Positions 49,301 to 58,096 of a DNA stretch of 64,000 nt are shown piece after piece; within the stretch, counting starts at the first letter, position 1, and every line of letters starts with the position of its first letter. Origin of the DNA: a virus; the IMG/VR virus record IMGVR_UViG_3300009702_000500, positions 1 to 64,000 of that record. The stretch is one strand, 5' to 3'. Made by a program: the position numbers and the translations under genes. The notes under the pieces were generated by a model. That model saw only the letters and a program-made list of their open reading frames with translations. It searched no databases and was not told where the DNA came from.

Positions 49301-49617
49301 CAGCAAGATCACCAGAATGGATTAAAGCTACTTATTATTCAAATTGGGATTCATTACTCACATTTCATAATGAGCAAAAAAAGCCTGCTTTTAAGTATAC
49401 TGGTTATGTGTATGTAGAAAATACACCGGCCGCAAGAGTAGTTAATCTGTACAGAAGAAGTGATGGTAAATTAATAGGTACTACCATATCAGACGATGCT
49501 ACTGGATATTTTGAAATAGTTGCTGAAGACAATGCTTACCATTATTCTGTCATACTTCCAGAATTAACCGAGTCTTATAATTTAATTGCTACTGATAAGA
49601 TAAAACCGGAGAGTTAA
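46366..49617 (+). CDS. Adhesin-like protein: DUF2341 - five-bladed beta-propeller - LamG - DUF2341 - LamG - C-terminal prealbumin-like domain
   Basis: LTNFPLLI...EIENW...LWVKVP...LYYDN. Five 58-aa blades (Y.P.VIKE...YKMWY.G.DG..YRI.Y.TS.DG..W). VWDDNF...H.S...FDG.DD.I...IIDEVR.SK.ARS.EWI occurs twice. Confidence 0.75.
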   Translation: MSWSNKIDITIDGSKINETLTNFPLLINLSESSGISDEDISAIFTELGNNYYRIKIEDEYNVQLPIEIENWDSIYKKAQLWVKVPTVKGSGDTKLTLYYDNGEADNTHYVGKTPGVKPINMVVNINEEGTYDTSGMYAPCVIKESDTSYKMWYSGNDGSHYRIMYATSTDGLTWSNHQMVLNYNTEGTYDTTHVYTPYVIKESDTSYKMWYAGYDGSYRRMLYAVSTDGTSWSNYQMIIDVGSEGTYDTNSAYYPSVIKESDTSYKMWYAGYDGSHYRILYCTSTDGINWSNFQLVLNYNQEGTYDTSYIYSPSVIKELSGSYKMWYTGRDGSHYRILYCTSTNGISWSNFQLVLNYNQEGTYDTNYAYTPCVIKENDTLYKLWYTGNDGSYSRILYATSEDGKVWTKNIVNRVWDDNFVAVYHMSQDPSGGSNSIYDSTSNANHGTPQGNMNSSNLVDGEIGKALNFDGVDDWINIGNVIYSPHYYTIEAIFKTSQTGNNTAYNLLTSKHSSANIKPTMYFDGSTNFQFKTGFYNDNTWYRDDSGIIGKNDDNLHYAASTYNKVNIISYIDDDSTHSTSATVDMAASTNDYRIGARWDAELYGGWWSGIIDEVRLSKIARSPEWIKATYYSNWDNLLYYNFHPGAEVGWLETYENGEYKKWAKRIKIDIDSTKVDDILVDFPVLVRLGESVGLANTDVTDVFDTSKNKIAITAGDGTSQLYTEIEYWSSIEKEAVLWTKVSRISSDENSSIYLYYDNEREDNTDYVGETGTQPAQNVWDDNFVGVWHMSQDPSGGANSIYDSTSNNNHGTPNGSMTSGDLVDGQVGKAIDFDGTDDYIQMSNTNIPFGASPFTKDVIVYLPNKVDSNNTRKTILWWGQPYSNNYINLLRTGDSSGELLNGFWGNDLVWAPTHLVNGYNHIMITYDGNILKGYVNGEYEASYTAGAANVSTSDVFIGESSNTWDYNFPGIIDEVRISKTARSPEWIKATYYSNWDSLLTFHNEQKKPAFKYTGYVYVENTPAARVVNLYRRSDGKLIGTTISDDATGYFEIVAEDNAYHYSVILPELTESYNLIATDKIKPES
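46747..47585 (+). repeat. Five 174-nt coding tandem repeats (propeller blades)
   Basis: Invariant GAAGGTACTTATGATACT at 46747, 46921, 47095, 47269 and 47443. Confidence 0.95.
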
Positions 49618-49618
49618 T

Positions 49619-50389
49619 ATGCCTGTTCCTACAATAAATGGGGGCGTTTTTAATTTTACTGAGACTGGGTATACACCACCAACATGGAGTGGTGCTTCTT
49701 ACGAATTTGGCGGTGTAGAATTAAACGAAATCTATACTGATTCAGAATATGTTTATGCTGCTTTAGGCACAGGGTTGGATATTATAGATATAGAGCACGA
49801 AAGAAAGTGTGCCTACATTGAATATTCTGATGGTTTTACTACAGTTTGGGGTAATGCTTTTTCAGTTTTTTTAGGCAGTACTTCTTCTGGAATAAAATAT
49901 ATAAACAAGTCAGATATCAGTAGTGATATAGTACTTCCTGTTAATTTAACAGATTATTTAAAGGATTTTAAATCATATCCTGGTATAACGTCTAATAATG
50001 TAAAGCATATACATGGTAGAGAAGATGAACTTATGTGTTGTACTTCATCTGGTGTAGATTTTTTTAAGTTAGAACCTAATGGTTATAGAAGCTCTACTAC
50101 TGTATCTGGCGCCTATAAATGTTTTGTGCTGGCCGGAAGAGCAATATATTACTTAACATCTTCTGGTACAAATTATTTTATAAATAAAATTAACCATTCT
50201 TTGACGGATTGGGCAGAGCCTGATGAAATTTTTACTGTTGATTCTGGTTTAAAAATAAACGACTTGTTTGTTACTGCTAATACAGCAACAGAGGGTATTA
50301 AAAATACCTTATTTATAGCCACATCCTCAGGTGTGTATGTCACAGATGAGGCCACTTATGAGGTAGATGTTTATTACACAGCGGAGTAA
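49619..50389 (+). CDS. Partial beta-propeller-like virion protein with an N-terminal FxF-YxPP motif
   Basis: Blade-like YVYAALGTGLDIID and LFIATSSGVYV; N-terminal FNFTETGYTPP. Confidence 0.5.
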   Translation: MPVPTINGGVFNFTETGYTPPTWSGASYEFGGVELNEIYTDSEYVYAALGTGLDIIDIEHERKCAYIEYSDGFTTVWGNAFSVFLGSTSSGIKYINKSDISSDIVLPVNLTDYLKDFKSYPGITSNNVKHIHGREDELMCCTSSGVDFFKLEPNGYRSSTTVSGAYKCFVLAGRAIYYLTSSGTNYFINKINHSLTDWAEPDEIFTVDSGLKINDLFVTANTATEGIKNTLFIATSSGVYVTDEATYEVDVYYTAE

Positions 50390-50394
50390 AAATT

Positions 50395-50718
50395 ATGGCT
50401 GATATTATTGAATTTAATTTTAAGAACGATACTTACAAAACACCTAGTAAGCCCGTAATATTCAATTTTATTGGTACTTACTTTGAAATTTTGGGCGGTA
50501 GAAGTAATAACTTTATTTCCGTTTGGGCTGATGAACGGGCCTCAAGAAAAACATTTAAATTATATGCAGCCTCTACAGGCAGAGGTGCTTCTTTATCTGT
50601 AATTGACCTATATACAAAAGCACTGGTAGATAATTACACACAAACTAAGGTTGGAGCATTCAATGAATCCTTGGACGCTGAAGATATAACCGACATTAAT
50701 ATAGGATCAAGGAGCTAG
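50395..50718 (+). CDS. Small virion-module protein
   Basis: FNFKNDTYKTP motif. ILGGRSNNFISVWA resembles the C-terminus of 40870-42951 (ILKGSSNNINNIWA). Confidence 0.55.
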   Translation: MADIIEFNFKNDTYKTPSKPVIFNFIGTYFEILGGRSNNFISVWADERASRKTFKLYAASTGRGASLSVIDLYTKALVDNYTQTKVGAFNESLDAEDITDINIGSRS

Positions 50719-50721
50719 TTA

Positions 50722-52830
50722 ATGGCAGGGTATAAACCACCTAGTAGTAAAGGCATGCCGTTTGAATTTACTGATACAGGCTATGCCAAACCTACTTACA
50801 GTCCTACTAATGCTAATTTTAAGCCTGATTATTCAACAGTAGACTTAAAATCTGCAATTCAGGTGCTGGGGGTATATCAAGAATCTACATACACTTATAA
50901 GAAACATTGTCCTACATATGTAGTGGGGTATTCTCCTTATGGTGTTCAGATTATTAAAGGCCCATGTGTGTATGGCGGTATTAGAGATCTAGGTGTTTTT
51001 ATTGATGCTAAACCAAAAAAGCAAGGATATAGTAATTTAGGTGCGTTTTTAAAGAGGATACAGGGTCAAGGATCTTATGACTTAGGGTCACTTATTAAGT
51101 CGTATGAAAACTTAAATCTTGGTGCAAATATACATGGATTTGCGATAAGAAATTTATCTGCTGTTGTAAAGATGCATCCTCCGGAGAATTTAAACGCCCA
51201 TTTAAATGTTTTTCAACATACATATACAGATTTGCCTTCTAGTGTTTATGGTTGGCAAGCTTCAGATTTACATGCCTATTTGACTGGTGTTGTGTTCGAA
51301 GATCTTCCAGCTAGTATATATGGTATACCACCTAGAAATTTACCTGCTTATCTTAAGGTGTGGCCAGAGGATTATTTGTATGTTTCTGTACATGGTTGGG
51401 ATAAATTGGACTTGTCTGCTAGAATTCATGGTAAACCTTATAGTGACTTAAATTCTTATATAGGGGCACACCCCTGGGTTAGTATAACTGCTAGAATAAA
51501 AGGTTGGATGCGAGAGGCCACAACTGATTTACCTGGTTATATCAGAGCATTTCAACATAGAGAATTATCTGCTTACATATTTTCTTACAAGTTCAAAAAT
51601 CTTGGAGTAATCATTTATCCAATTCCTTATGTGCCATTACAGGGTATTATACATGGTTGGCAGGAGGCTTATTTGGGTGGTATTCTTAATGGTAAGGACT
51701 ACCCATACAACTTAACATCTTCTATAATTGCTTCCGGCGGGCTAAAGAATTTGTCTGCCAATATAAAATCTTATGTAGATATAGATGTTCATAGAGATCT
51801 TCCTATATTTATTCATTCTTGGAAAGCAGTAGACCTATCTTCTTATATTTATGCTGAAACTGTAGGTATATTATATGCTAGTTTATTTGTAAGTGGTGCT
51901 AGTAGAGATATAAGTGCTTCTATACGACCTAAAATGATTCGATTGACAACTGTTCTTGGAATGATTACATTAAATAGTAGAAATATATCTGCTATGATAA
52001 ATGTATCTTGTTTATATTCCAAATTTTCAGATCTATTTGCCTATATTAAAACTGTGTTCAAGGATGATATTGGTGTTTATATAAAGGGTCTGAAAGAGTA
52101 TTCAAGTTCAAATATTGGCGCGTCTGTTGGCGAGCGACTTGTAGGTAAAACATTAGATAGACTTCCATTTACTATCACAATAAAATCGGCAGGTGCTCAA
52201 ACGTATGATAGATTTCCAATATATTTTAAATTGTTTGAATCAGGACTTAATCTAGGGGCCAATATAGTTGCAACACCAGCATATTTAGATTTGGGAGCAA
52301 CAATACAATCAGCATATATTAGAAATTATTCTTTTAAATATCAAAAAAGTAAGGAAAAAGTTTATAAACCAAGGGAATTTGAAAGGGGCCTTGAGTTATC
52401 CAAGGTAGTAGAATTTACATTTAGAGATGCTGTGAAGGAATACGTTTATATATCGCAAGGAGATAAGGCTTTTGCTTTGGACTTTTTAGAAAAGTGGGCT
52501 ATGAATGTTAAAGGATTTTCGCCTATAAATAAGAGATTAGGCACTAAAAGAAAACTATTTAGAGCAGCTGTTTTATATGATATACGAAAGTATAAAGATA
52601 TTGATGAGGCCGTCCGTGATATGATTGAATTTGTCACAGGGGAGCCTAAAGTAGATCTTGGAGCAAGAATAAATCTTATTCACAACAGTATGTTTAAGAT
52701 TTTAAGTGCTAATATAAGTGCTAAGTATATAAAATCAGACGAAACTCTTATCAGTGCTAGGATAGAAAGCAACATCCCATATCCAATAGTAGTTGCTAAT
52801 GAGCAAGCCGGTATAGATATTATTGAATAG
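50722..52830 (+). CDS. Fibre-like protein with short (D/N)LxAxIxG repeats
   Basis: AAGGAG RBS. Many ~15-17-aa units (SDLHAYLTG, EDLPASIYG, LDLSARIHG...). N-terminal YKPP...FEFTDTGYAKP. Confidence 0.55.
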   Translation: MAGYKPPSSKGMPFEFTDTGYAKPTYSPTNANFKPDYSTVDLKSAIQVLGVYQESTYTYKKHCPTYVVGYSPYGVQIIKGPCVYGGIRDLGVFIDAKPKKQGYSNLGAFLKRIQGQGSYDLGSLIKSYENLNLGANIHGFAIRNLSAVVKMHPPENLNAHLNVFQHTYTDLPSSVYGWQASDLHAYLTGVVFEDLPASIYGIPPRNLPAYLKVWPEDYLYVSVHGWDKLDLSARIHGKPYSDLNSYIGAHPWVSITARIKGWMREATTDLPGYIRAFQHRELSAYIFSYKFKNLGVIIYPIPYVPLQGIIHGWQEAYLGGILNGKDYPYNLTSSIIASGGLKNLSANIKSYVDIDVHRDLPIFIHSWKAVDLSSYIYAETVGILYASLFVSGASRDISASIRPKMIRLTTVLGMITLNSRNISAMINVSCLYSKFSDLFAYIKTVFKDDIGVYIKGLKEYSSSNIGASVGERLVGKTLDRLPFTITIKSAGAQTYDRFPIYFKLFESGLNLGANIVATPAYLDLGATIQSAYIRNYSFKYQKSKEKVYKPREFERGLELSKVVEFTFRDAVKEYVYISQGDKAFALDFLEKWAMNVKGFSPINKRLGTKRKLFRAAVLYDIRKYKDIDEAVRDMIEFVTGEPKVDLGARINLIHNSMFKILSANISAKYIKSDETLISARIESNIPYPIVVANEQAGIDIIE

Positions 52831-52856
52831 AAGTAATAAAAAAGTCAAAAAAACAC

Positions 52857-52889
52857 TTGACAAATGGAAATTATGTTTTAACTTATACT
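52857..52889 (+). promoter_or_regulatory. Sigma70-type promoter candidate for the replication module
   Basis: Perfect TTGACA (52857-62) in a 101-nt gap. The -10 is ambiguous: TAACTT at 16-nt spacing, TATACT at 21 nt. Confidence 0.5.
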
Positions 52890-52931
52890 AAAGAAGGAAG
52901 CGCTAAAATTAATATTTAAGGAGAATTATGT

Positions 52932-54074
52932 ATGAGATTTAAGATTCCTGTGGATGAATTACAGGGCATTATCAACATTTTAGGTATCACTGCAAAGGTT
53001 AACACATTAGAGGTAGCTGGACGTATTCTAATTGAGGCAACCAAAGATTCAGTTCTTTTCTTGTCCAACAATCTTTCTACTGGTATATCTGTGATCACTG
53101 ATAAGGCTGAAGTTGAGGAGGAAGGCAAAGCTTCCATAGTATTTGGTAAGATTAAGTCTTTTGTTTCTCCTTTTACTTTATGGGATCCAGATAAAAAAGA
53201 AGGGGCAAAGTATTTTAATTTCAAAGGGGATGACCGGCATCTTACCATTAGCGTAAGAAATAAGTTTGCTAATGGTAAGGTATCTAATGGCAGAGTAAGA
53301 TTAGACAGCTTCAATTCTTCCAGTATAATAAAACCAGCCTATTTTTCAAAACCCACGTTTACATTAAGTGCTAATGCATTTAAAGCAGCTATAGGTAAGA
53401 TTATGTATGCTGTTGATGCTAATTGTATGGCTCCAGCATTAAGGGGCGTGTGTATTCGCTTCGATGATGACAAAATTAGGTTTGCAGGTACGGATGGTAA
53501 AGTATTGTCTGAATATGCCATAGATAATATATGTGATCTAAAAGATGGTTCTTTTGTGATTAAGGTTGATTTTATGATGGGGTTGAGAAGATTTATTATA
53601 CCAGATATGGAGTTAGATTTTGAATTAACTGATAAAGAGATAAAGGTGAAATCTGGTAGCGTTATGTTTTGGGGCAGATTGTTGACAGGTATGAACTACC
53701 CTGAGTATACGCATATGTTTAAGGAGTATGAACATGAAATAATAATAGATAAAGGGGTATTAATGAGCAATTTGGTGCCTCTTATGGATGTATTAGACCC
53801 AAGTGATTCAAATAGAGTTGTATTCAAAATAGAAGATAAAAAAATAAGTTTATATAATAACGTAGGTAGTTTTATTTGTGATTGTGAGTTTTCTTTTTCA
53901 AAAGAAATTATAGCTGCTTTAGATGGTACCGCCATGTTTAAAACAATCGATGCTATTAAAGATGAAAATATATCCATTAAATTCTCTGATAATACATTAA
54001 AGAGCTTTATCTTTGATTCAGCTACATATCATGATCAAAAAGCTATAATCGCACCATTAAAAACAAGGTCTTAA
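52932..54074 (+). CDS. dnaN: DNA polymerase III beta sliding clamp
   Basis: 380 aa; ILIEA, LRGVCI...FAGTDGKVLS and RLLTGMNYPEY motifs. Confidence 0.85.
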   Translation: MRFKIPVDELQGIINILGITAKVNTLEVAGRILIEATKDSVLFLSNNLSTGISVITDKAEVEEEGKASIVFGKIKSFVSPFTLWDPDKKEGAKYFNFKGDDRHLTISVRNKFANGKVSNGRVRLDSFNSSSIIKPAYFSKPTFTLSANAFKAAIGKIMYAVDANCMAPALRGVCIRFDDDKIRFAGTDGKVLSEYAIDNICDLKDGSFVIKVDFMMGLRRFIIPDMELDFELTDKEIKVKSGSVMFWGRLLTGMNYPEYTHMFKEYEHEIIIDKGVLMSNLVPLMDVLDPSDSNRVVFKIEDKKISLYNNVGSFICDCEFSFSKEIIAALDGTAMFKTIDAIKDENISIKFSDNTLKSFIFDSATYHDQKAIIAPLKTRS

Positions 54075-54077
54075 AAA

Positions 54078-54641
54078 TTGGATAGAGATGATATTATAAA
54101 AGACTTAGAGTCTCTTGTATCAAGTCACGGTATTAGGATATATGAATTGATAGAGCAGAAGTGTATAGAATATCTTAAGGCTTCTGGTTATAAGGTAGTT
54201 AAAAAAGTAGAATCTACCTACAAGAATGTAAAAAACACTAACGATTTGGTAGAATTGTTTTATAATTTAGTAGATTATAATTACCCCAGCCCTGTGGGAT
54301 ATTATAGAAATGTTGGTAAAGACAGAAAATTAGCTAAAAGTATGATAGACAACAGAATGAAGACTAATCATATATCAAGAGAAGAAGCGTTGGCAGAATG
54401 TGCTTTACTTGTAGAATCACTATTTAAATATGCTGATGCTCTCCATCTTGAAAATAAGCCCACTAGTTTTGGTGTTTTTGGGCAGGAAAAGATGGGCTGG
54501 GTTACTGATAACTTAAATAGATTATTGTTGGATAAAGAGAGAAAACGGCTTAAAGTTAAAAGAGAAGCTATGGAACAGGAAATATTAGATAAGACATTGG
54601 AAGAAAGAGGAATAGAATATTTAAGATTAGATGGAATTTAG
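54078..54641 (+). CDS. Hypothetical helical protein (187 aa)
   Basis: Fills the gap between dnaN and recA; TTG start. Confidence 0.6.
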   Translation: MDRDDIIKDLESLVSSHGIRIYELIEQKCIEYLKASGYKVVKKVESTYKNVKNTNDLVELFYNLVDYNYPSPVGYYRNVGKDRKLAKSMIDNRMKTNHISREEALAECALLVESLFKYADALHLENKPTSFGVFGQEKMGWVTDNLNRLLLDKERKRLKVKREAMEQEILDKTLEERGIEYLRLDGI

Positions 54642-54649
54642 GAGGATTT

Positions 54650-55690
54650 ATGGCCAAAAAGGACAACAAGAGTAAGAAGAAGACAAGTAGTTTAGATTTA
54701 GCCAAAAAGGCTATTATCAAAAAGTATGGAAGTATTGTAAGTACCTTGGGAGAGCAGGGAGACCTTATTATAGAAACTATTTCTACAGGGTGTCTTGGTT
54801 TGGATATCGCATTGGGTAGAGGCGGTGTTGCTAAGGGACGTATTTACGAATTATTTGGGGAACCGTCTTGTGGTAAAACTACTTTAGCTATGAGTGTGAT
54901 GGCACAGGCTCAAAAGCGAGGGATGAAGTGTTGTTTTTGTGATGCTGAACATGCCGCGGATCCAAAACTTTTTCAATCTATGGGAGTAAATATCCATGAG
55001 GTTGAACTTATTAGAGCATTTATGGGTGATGATAATTTGGATGCTGTGGAGACGCTTATAAAAACAGGAGAAATAGATGTGGCCGTACTGGATAGTGTTT
55101 CCGCATTGATTCCAAAAGCAGAGGCCACCGCCGCTATTGCTGATGAGCATATTGGCTTATTGGCTCGATTGATGAGTAAGGCTATGAGGCGGTTTAGCCC
55201 GCTAGCAAGTGAAACAAACACTTTAATAATTTTTATTAATCAAATTAGAACTAAGATTGGTAGTTGGGGGGATCCTACTACTACGACTGGCGGATCAGCA
55301 TTAGATTTCTATGCTACGGGTAGAATACAAGTTTCCGGTGGTGCGTATAAGAGTCAACGGATTGTAGACCCTATTTCAGGGGAGGTAATAGGCCATAAAA
55401 CTACTTTTGATGTTAGAAAAAATAAACTCGCGCCGCCTTATAGAAGAGCAGAAGTACCTTTAATTTATGGTGTGGGTTATGATGGGCATAGAGAAGTGTT
55501 AACTTTATCAGAAGGTCTTGGTATTATAGAAAAACGAGGTGCGTATTATTACAAAGATGGAGAAAACTTCGCACAAGGTGAAGAAAATGCGGTGGCTTAT
55601 CTTAAAGAAGATGAGGATTTTTACAATAAACTAAAAAATAAAGTCATTGAACTGACTGGTCTAAAGGAGCAATATGAGCAAAATAGCTGA
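54650..55690 (+). CDS. recA: RecA recombinase
   Basis: ISTGCLGLDIALG.GG..KGRI.E, Walker A GEPSCGKTT, DAEHA, LDSVSAL, ARLMSKAMR, IFINQIR, KNKLAPP. Confidence 0.97.
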   Translation: MAKKDNKSKKKTSSLDLAKKAIIKKYGSIVSTLGEQGDLIIETISTGCLGLDIALGRGGVAKGRIYELFGEPSCGKTTLAMSVMAQAQKRGMKCCFCDAEHAADPKLFQSMGVNIHEVELIRAFMGDDNLDAVETLIKTGEIDVAVLDSVSALIPKAEATAAIADEHIGLLARLMSKAMRRFSPLASETNTLIIFINQIRTKIGSWGDPTTTTGGSALDFYATGRIQVSGGAYKSQRIVDPISGEVIGHKTTFDVRKNKLAPPYRRAEVPLIYGVGYDGHREVLTLSEGLGIIEKRGAYYYKDGENFAQGEENAVAYLKEDEDFYNKLKNKVIELTGLKEQYEQNS

Positions 55691-56030
55691 TAGTGTTCAT
55701 TGTGCATTAGAAAGACTATTTCCAAGATATACTATTTTAAAAGAGGTTTATGTAAATTATCATTACACAAAATTATTTTTCGATTTTTTTATAAAAGAGT
55801 TTGGAATCTACATAGAAGTACAAGGGGTTCAGCATACGTCATTTAGTAAGCATTTTCACGGTACAAAAGAAAATTATTTGGCGCAGAAAAAACGTGATAA
55901 CCTTAAATTAGAATATGTACAAGGAAAAGATGATTTAAGTTTAGTACGGTTTTATTATAATGAAAATTTGACAGATAAGTTAATAATGTTTAAGATAGAG
56001 AAAGCATTGGAGCAAGGATACTATGAGTAA
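55674..56030 (+). CDS. Vsr/DUF559-like endonuclease-fold protein
   Basis: FFDFFI...IEVQGVQH...QKKRDNLK. Confidence 0.65.
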   Translation: MSKIADSVHCALERLFPRYTILKEVYVNYHYTKLFFDFFIKEFGIYIEVQGVQHTSFSKHFHGTKENYLAQKKRDNLKLEYVQGKDDLSLVRFYYNENLTDKLIMFKIEKALEQGYYE

Positions 56031-56232
56031 AAAACATAATAAAGATTGTATAGACTGGACACCAATGGATGATGGTACTAAGACAGGGGACACCGAGTAT
56101 TGTGCCTTGAGTCTTTTGTGTAAACAGATAGGAATGAAAGGAGATTTTATTTCTTTTATAAACAATGATACTAAAACTACAGAGTTTGACTATTTTTGTA
56201 CTTGTATGTACGAGAAAAAGGAAGAGAGATAA
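56023..56232 (+). CDS. Small Cys-containing hypothetical protein
   Basis: Overlap coupling; five Cys. Confidence 0.55.
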   Translation: MSKKHNKDCIDWTPMDDGTKTGDTEYCALSLLCKQIGMKGDFISFINNDTKTTEFDYFCTCMYEKKEER

Positions 56233-56691
56233 ATGGATCAGACTATTTTTGTATACGATAAGATTAAGCCAAGTGTAGAGTTAATAGAAGAGGTGTTATC
56301 ATATGATTTTAGGAAGTTAGATCAAGCATCTGGAGAAGACATAAGTAAATATTGTGCCGCATTGGCCCAATATCTTGTTTATATGCAGTACCAAAGAAAC
56401 AAAGTAAAAATAGAAATGATTAAAACTAAACAGTACATTGATAGAGTTGTGTTTCAAATAATGGATGATAGTACATTAAAGAAATTTAAAACTAAAACGG
56501 CTGCTAAAGAAGCAATTATAACTGGTAATGAAGAACTATCAAAATCTCGTGATAAACTTGATGCTTTAGACACAGAACTTATTATGAGTAAAGGTATGGA
56601 TAAGGGTATACTTGAATTGATTAATGCGCTTAAACGTGAACTGACTCGTCGTAGTGAAGAAATGTCGTCGGTTAGGTCAGGGAGAAGATAA
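56233..56691 (+). CDS. Helical protein, possibly a UvsY-like recombination mediator
   Basis: 152-aa coiled-coil between recA and dnaB. Function inferred from size and context only. Confidence 0.35.
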   Translation: MDQTIFVYDKIKPSVELIEEVLSYDFRKLDQASGEDISKYCAALAQYLVYMQYQRNKVKIEMIKTKQYIDRVVFQIMDDSTLKKFKTKTAAKEAIITGNEELSKSRDKLDALDTELIMSKGMDKGILELINALKRELTRRSEEMSSVRSGRR

Positions 56692-56692
56692 T

Positions 56693-58096
56693 ATGGTAGT
56701 TGATTTCTGTAGAGCCACAGATGAGAGATTACTTTTAAAGTTTTGTATCTCGGACCAAGACATGTACTATAGTGTAGCATCTAAACTTGTGGAAGATGAT
56801 TTTCTTAATAAAAGTCATAGAACTCTTTATGTACTAATTGGAAGTCTTTATGGTTCAGGATATAACAAATTAGACAGTACCATTATAATAAATGAAGCCA
56901 AGAATATGGGAGTTATAGACAGCCTTGGCGGACCAGAATATCTATCAGGTGTTGTAAATGCCGATGTTAGTACATCTAATTTTGATAAGATATTACACAA
57001 TGTATTAGAAGCAAGTACAAAGTCCAAATTATACGAAGCGATTGATAGACATAGAGGCACTATTATAGATAGTGTAAAAGGAAGAACTTCTCTTTCTAGT
57101 GCGGATCTTATTGGAAATTTAGAAAACTTTATAATGGATTTATCTACAAGTAGCCGTGCTATAAAAGAACCATTAGATGTAGCTGAAGGTTTGTCTGAAT
57201 GGATTGATAATCTTAGAGATAATAAAGTAGAAATGTCCGGTATATCCACAGGGTATCCTATACTTGATAAACAAATAGATGGTATGATTCCTGGTACTCT
57301 GATGTTTATAGCCGCCCGTAAGAAAATGGGTAAGAGCGCTTTTCTCACAAATGTTGCTGCTTATGTTGCATTTAAATTAAAAATACCAACTTTATATGTA
57401 GACACAGAGATGTCATTTTTACAATTTAGATCAAGGCTAGTTGCCGGTATGGCGGGTGTTAAGGAACGTACCATTATTCACGGTGGATATAGTGATAATG
57501 AGTACAATAATATAGTGCGTAGATGCCTCAGACTGGCCACGGAAGGCAACTTATACCATGAATATATGCCAGGGTATACAGTAGATAAGTTAGTAGCCTT
57601 ATATAAGAAATTTAAGCTAAAACATGATATTGGATTTGCTGTATTTGATTATTTAAAGGAACCTGCTTTAAGTGCTACATCAGATAAGCAAAGAAAAGAA
57701 TATCAAATATTGGGGGATGTGGCTACTCGTTTAAAGGATCTTTCAGGTGAATTAGATATTCCCTTCTTAAGTGCTGTACAGTTAAATAGATCAGATGATA
57801 TAGCAGATAGTGATAAAATAGCAAGATACGCTGATATAATAGCACATTGGGCTAAAAAGGAATTAGAAGAGTTTGAGGCTGGTGGGCATCAAGGAGGAAC
57901 ACATAAACTAATGATTAAAGATACTCGCAGAGGAGGTAGTACCGGCGAAGCAGGGATAAGTTATTATTTTTTTAAAGAGCACTTACGAATAAAAGAAGTA
58001 GACGCAGAACACCAGTTAGTTAATTATATGAAGGAAGACGAGGTTGTAAATGATGACAGTGCAGACACAACATTCTCTGACGAAGAGCTCCTTTAA
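56693..58096 (+). CDS. dnaB: Replicative DNA helicase
   Basis: N-terminal DnaB domain (ERLLL...DDFLNKSHR..Y), GISTGY..LD, AARKKMGKS, DTEMS, FDYL, QLNR. ATG 56693 follows GGAG. Confidence 0.93.
   Translation: MVVDFCRATDERLLLKFCISDQDMYYSVASKLVEDDFLNKSHRTLYVLIGSLYGSGYNKLDSTIIINEAKNMGVIDSLGGPEYLSGVVNADVSTSNFDKILHNVLEASTKSKLYEAIDRHRGTIIDSVKGRTSLSSADLIGNLENFIMDLSTSSRAIKEPLDVAEGLSEWIDNLRDNKVEMSGISTGYPILDKQIDGMIPGTLMFIAARKKMGKSAFLTNVAAYVAFKLKIPTLYVDTEMSFLQFRSRLVAGMAGVKERTIIHGGYSDNEYNNIVRRCLRLATEGNLYHEYMPGYTVDKLVALYKKFKLKHDIGFAVFDYLKEPALSATSDKQRKEYQILGDVATRLKDLSGELDIPFLSAVQLNRSDDIADSDKIARYADIIAHWAKKELEEFEAGGHQGGTHKLMIKDTRRGGSTGEAGISYYFFKEHLRIKEVDAEHQLVNYMKEDEVVNDDSADTTFSDEELL

Noticed and set aside
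48193-49349. Repeat pair as a diversity-generating retroelement TR/VR
   Set aside because: Mismatches (T/A, T/C, C/T, T/A) are not adenine-specific, both copies are coding, and there is no reverse transcriptase in the window.
54650-58096. Inteins or introns in RecA/DnaB
   Set aside because: Lengths are normal, motifs are contiguous, and I see no splicing signatures.
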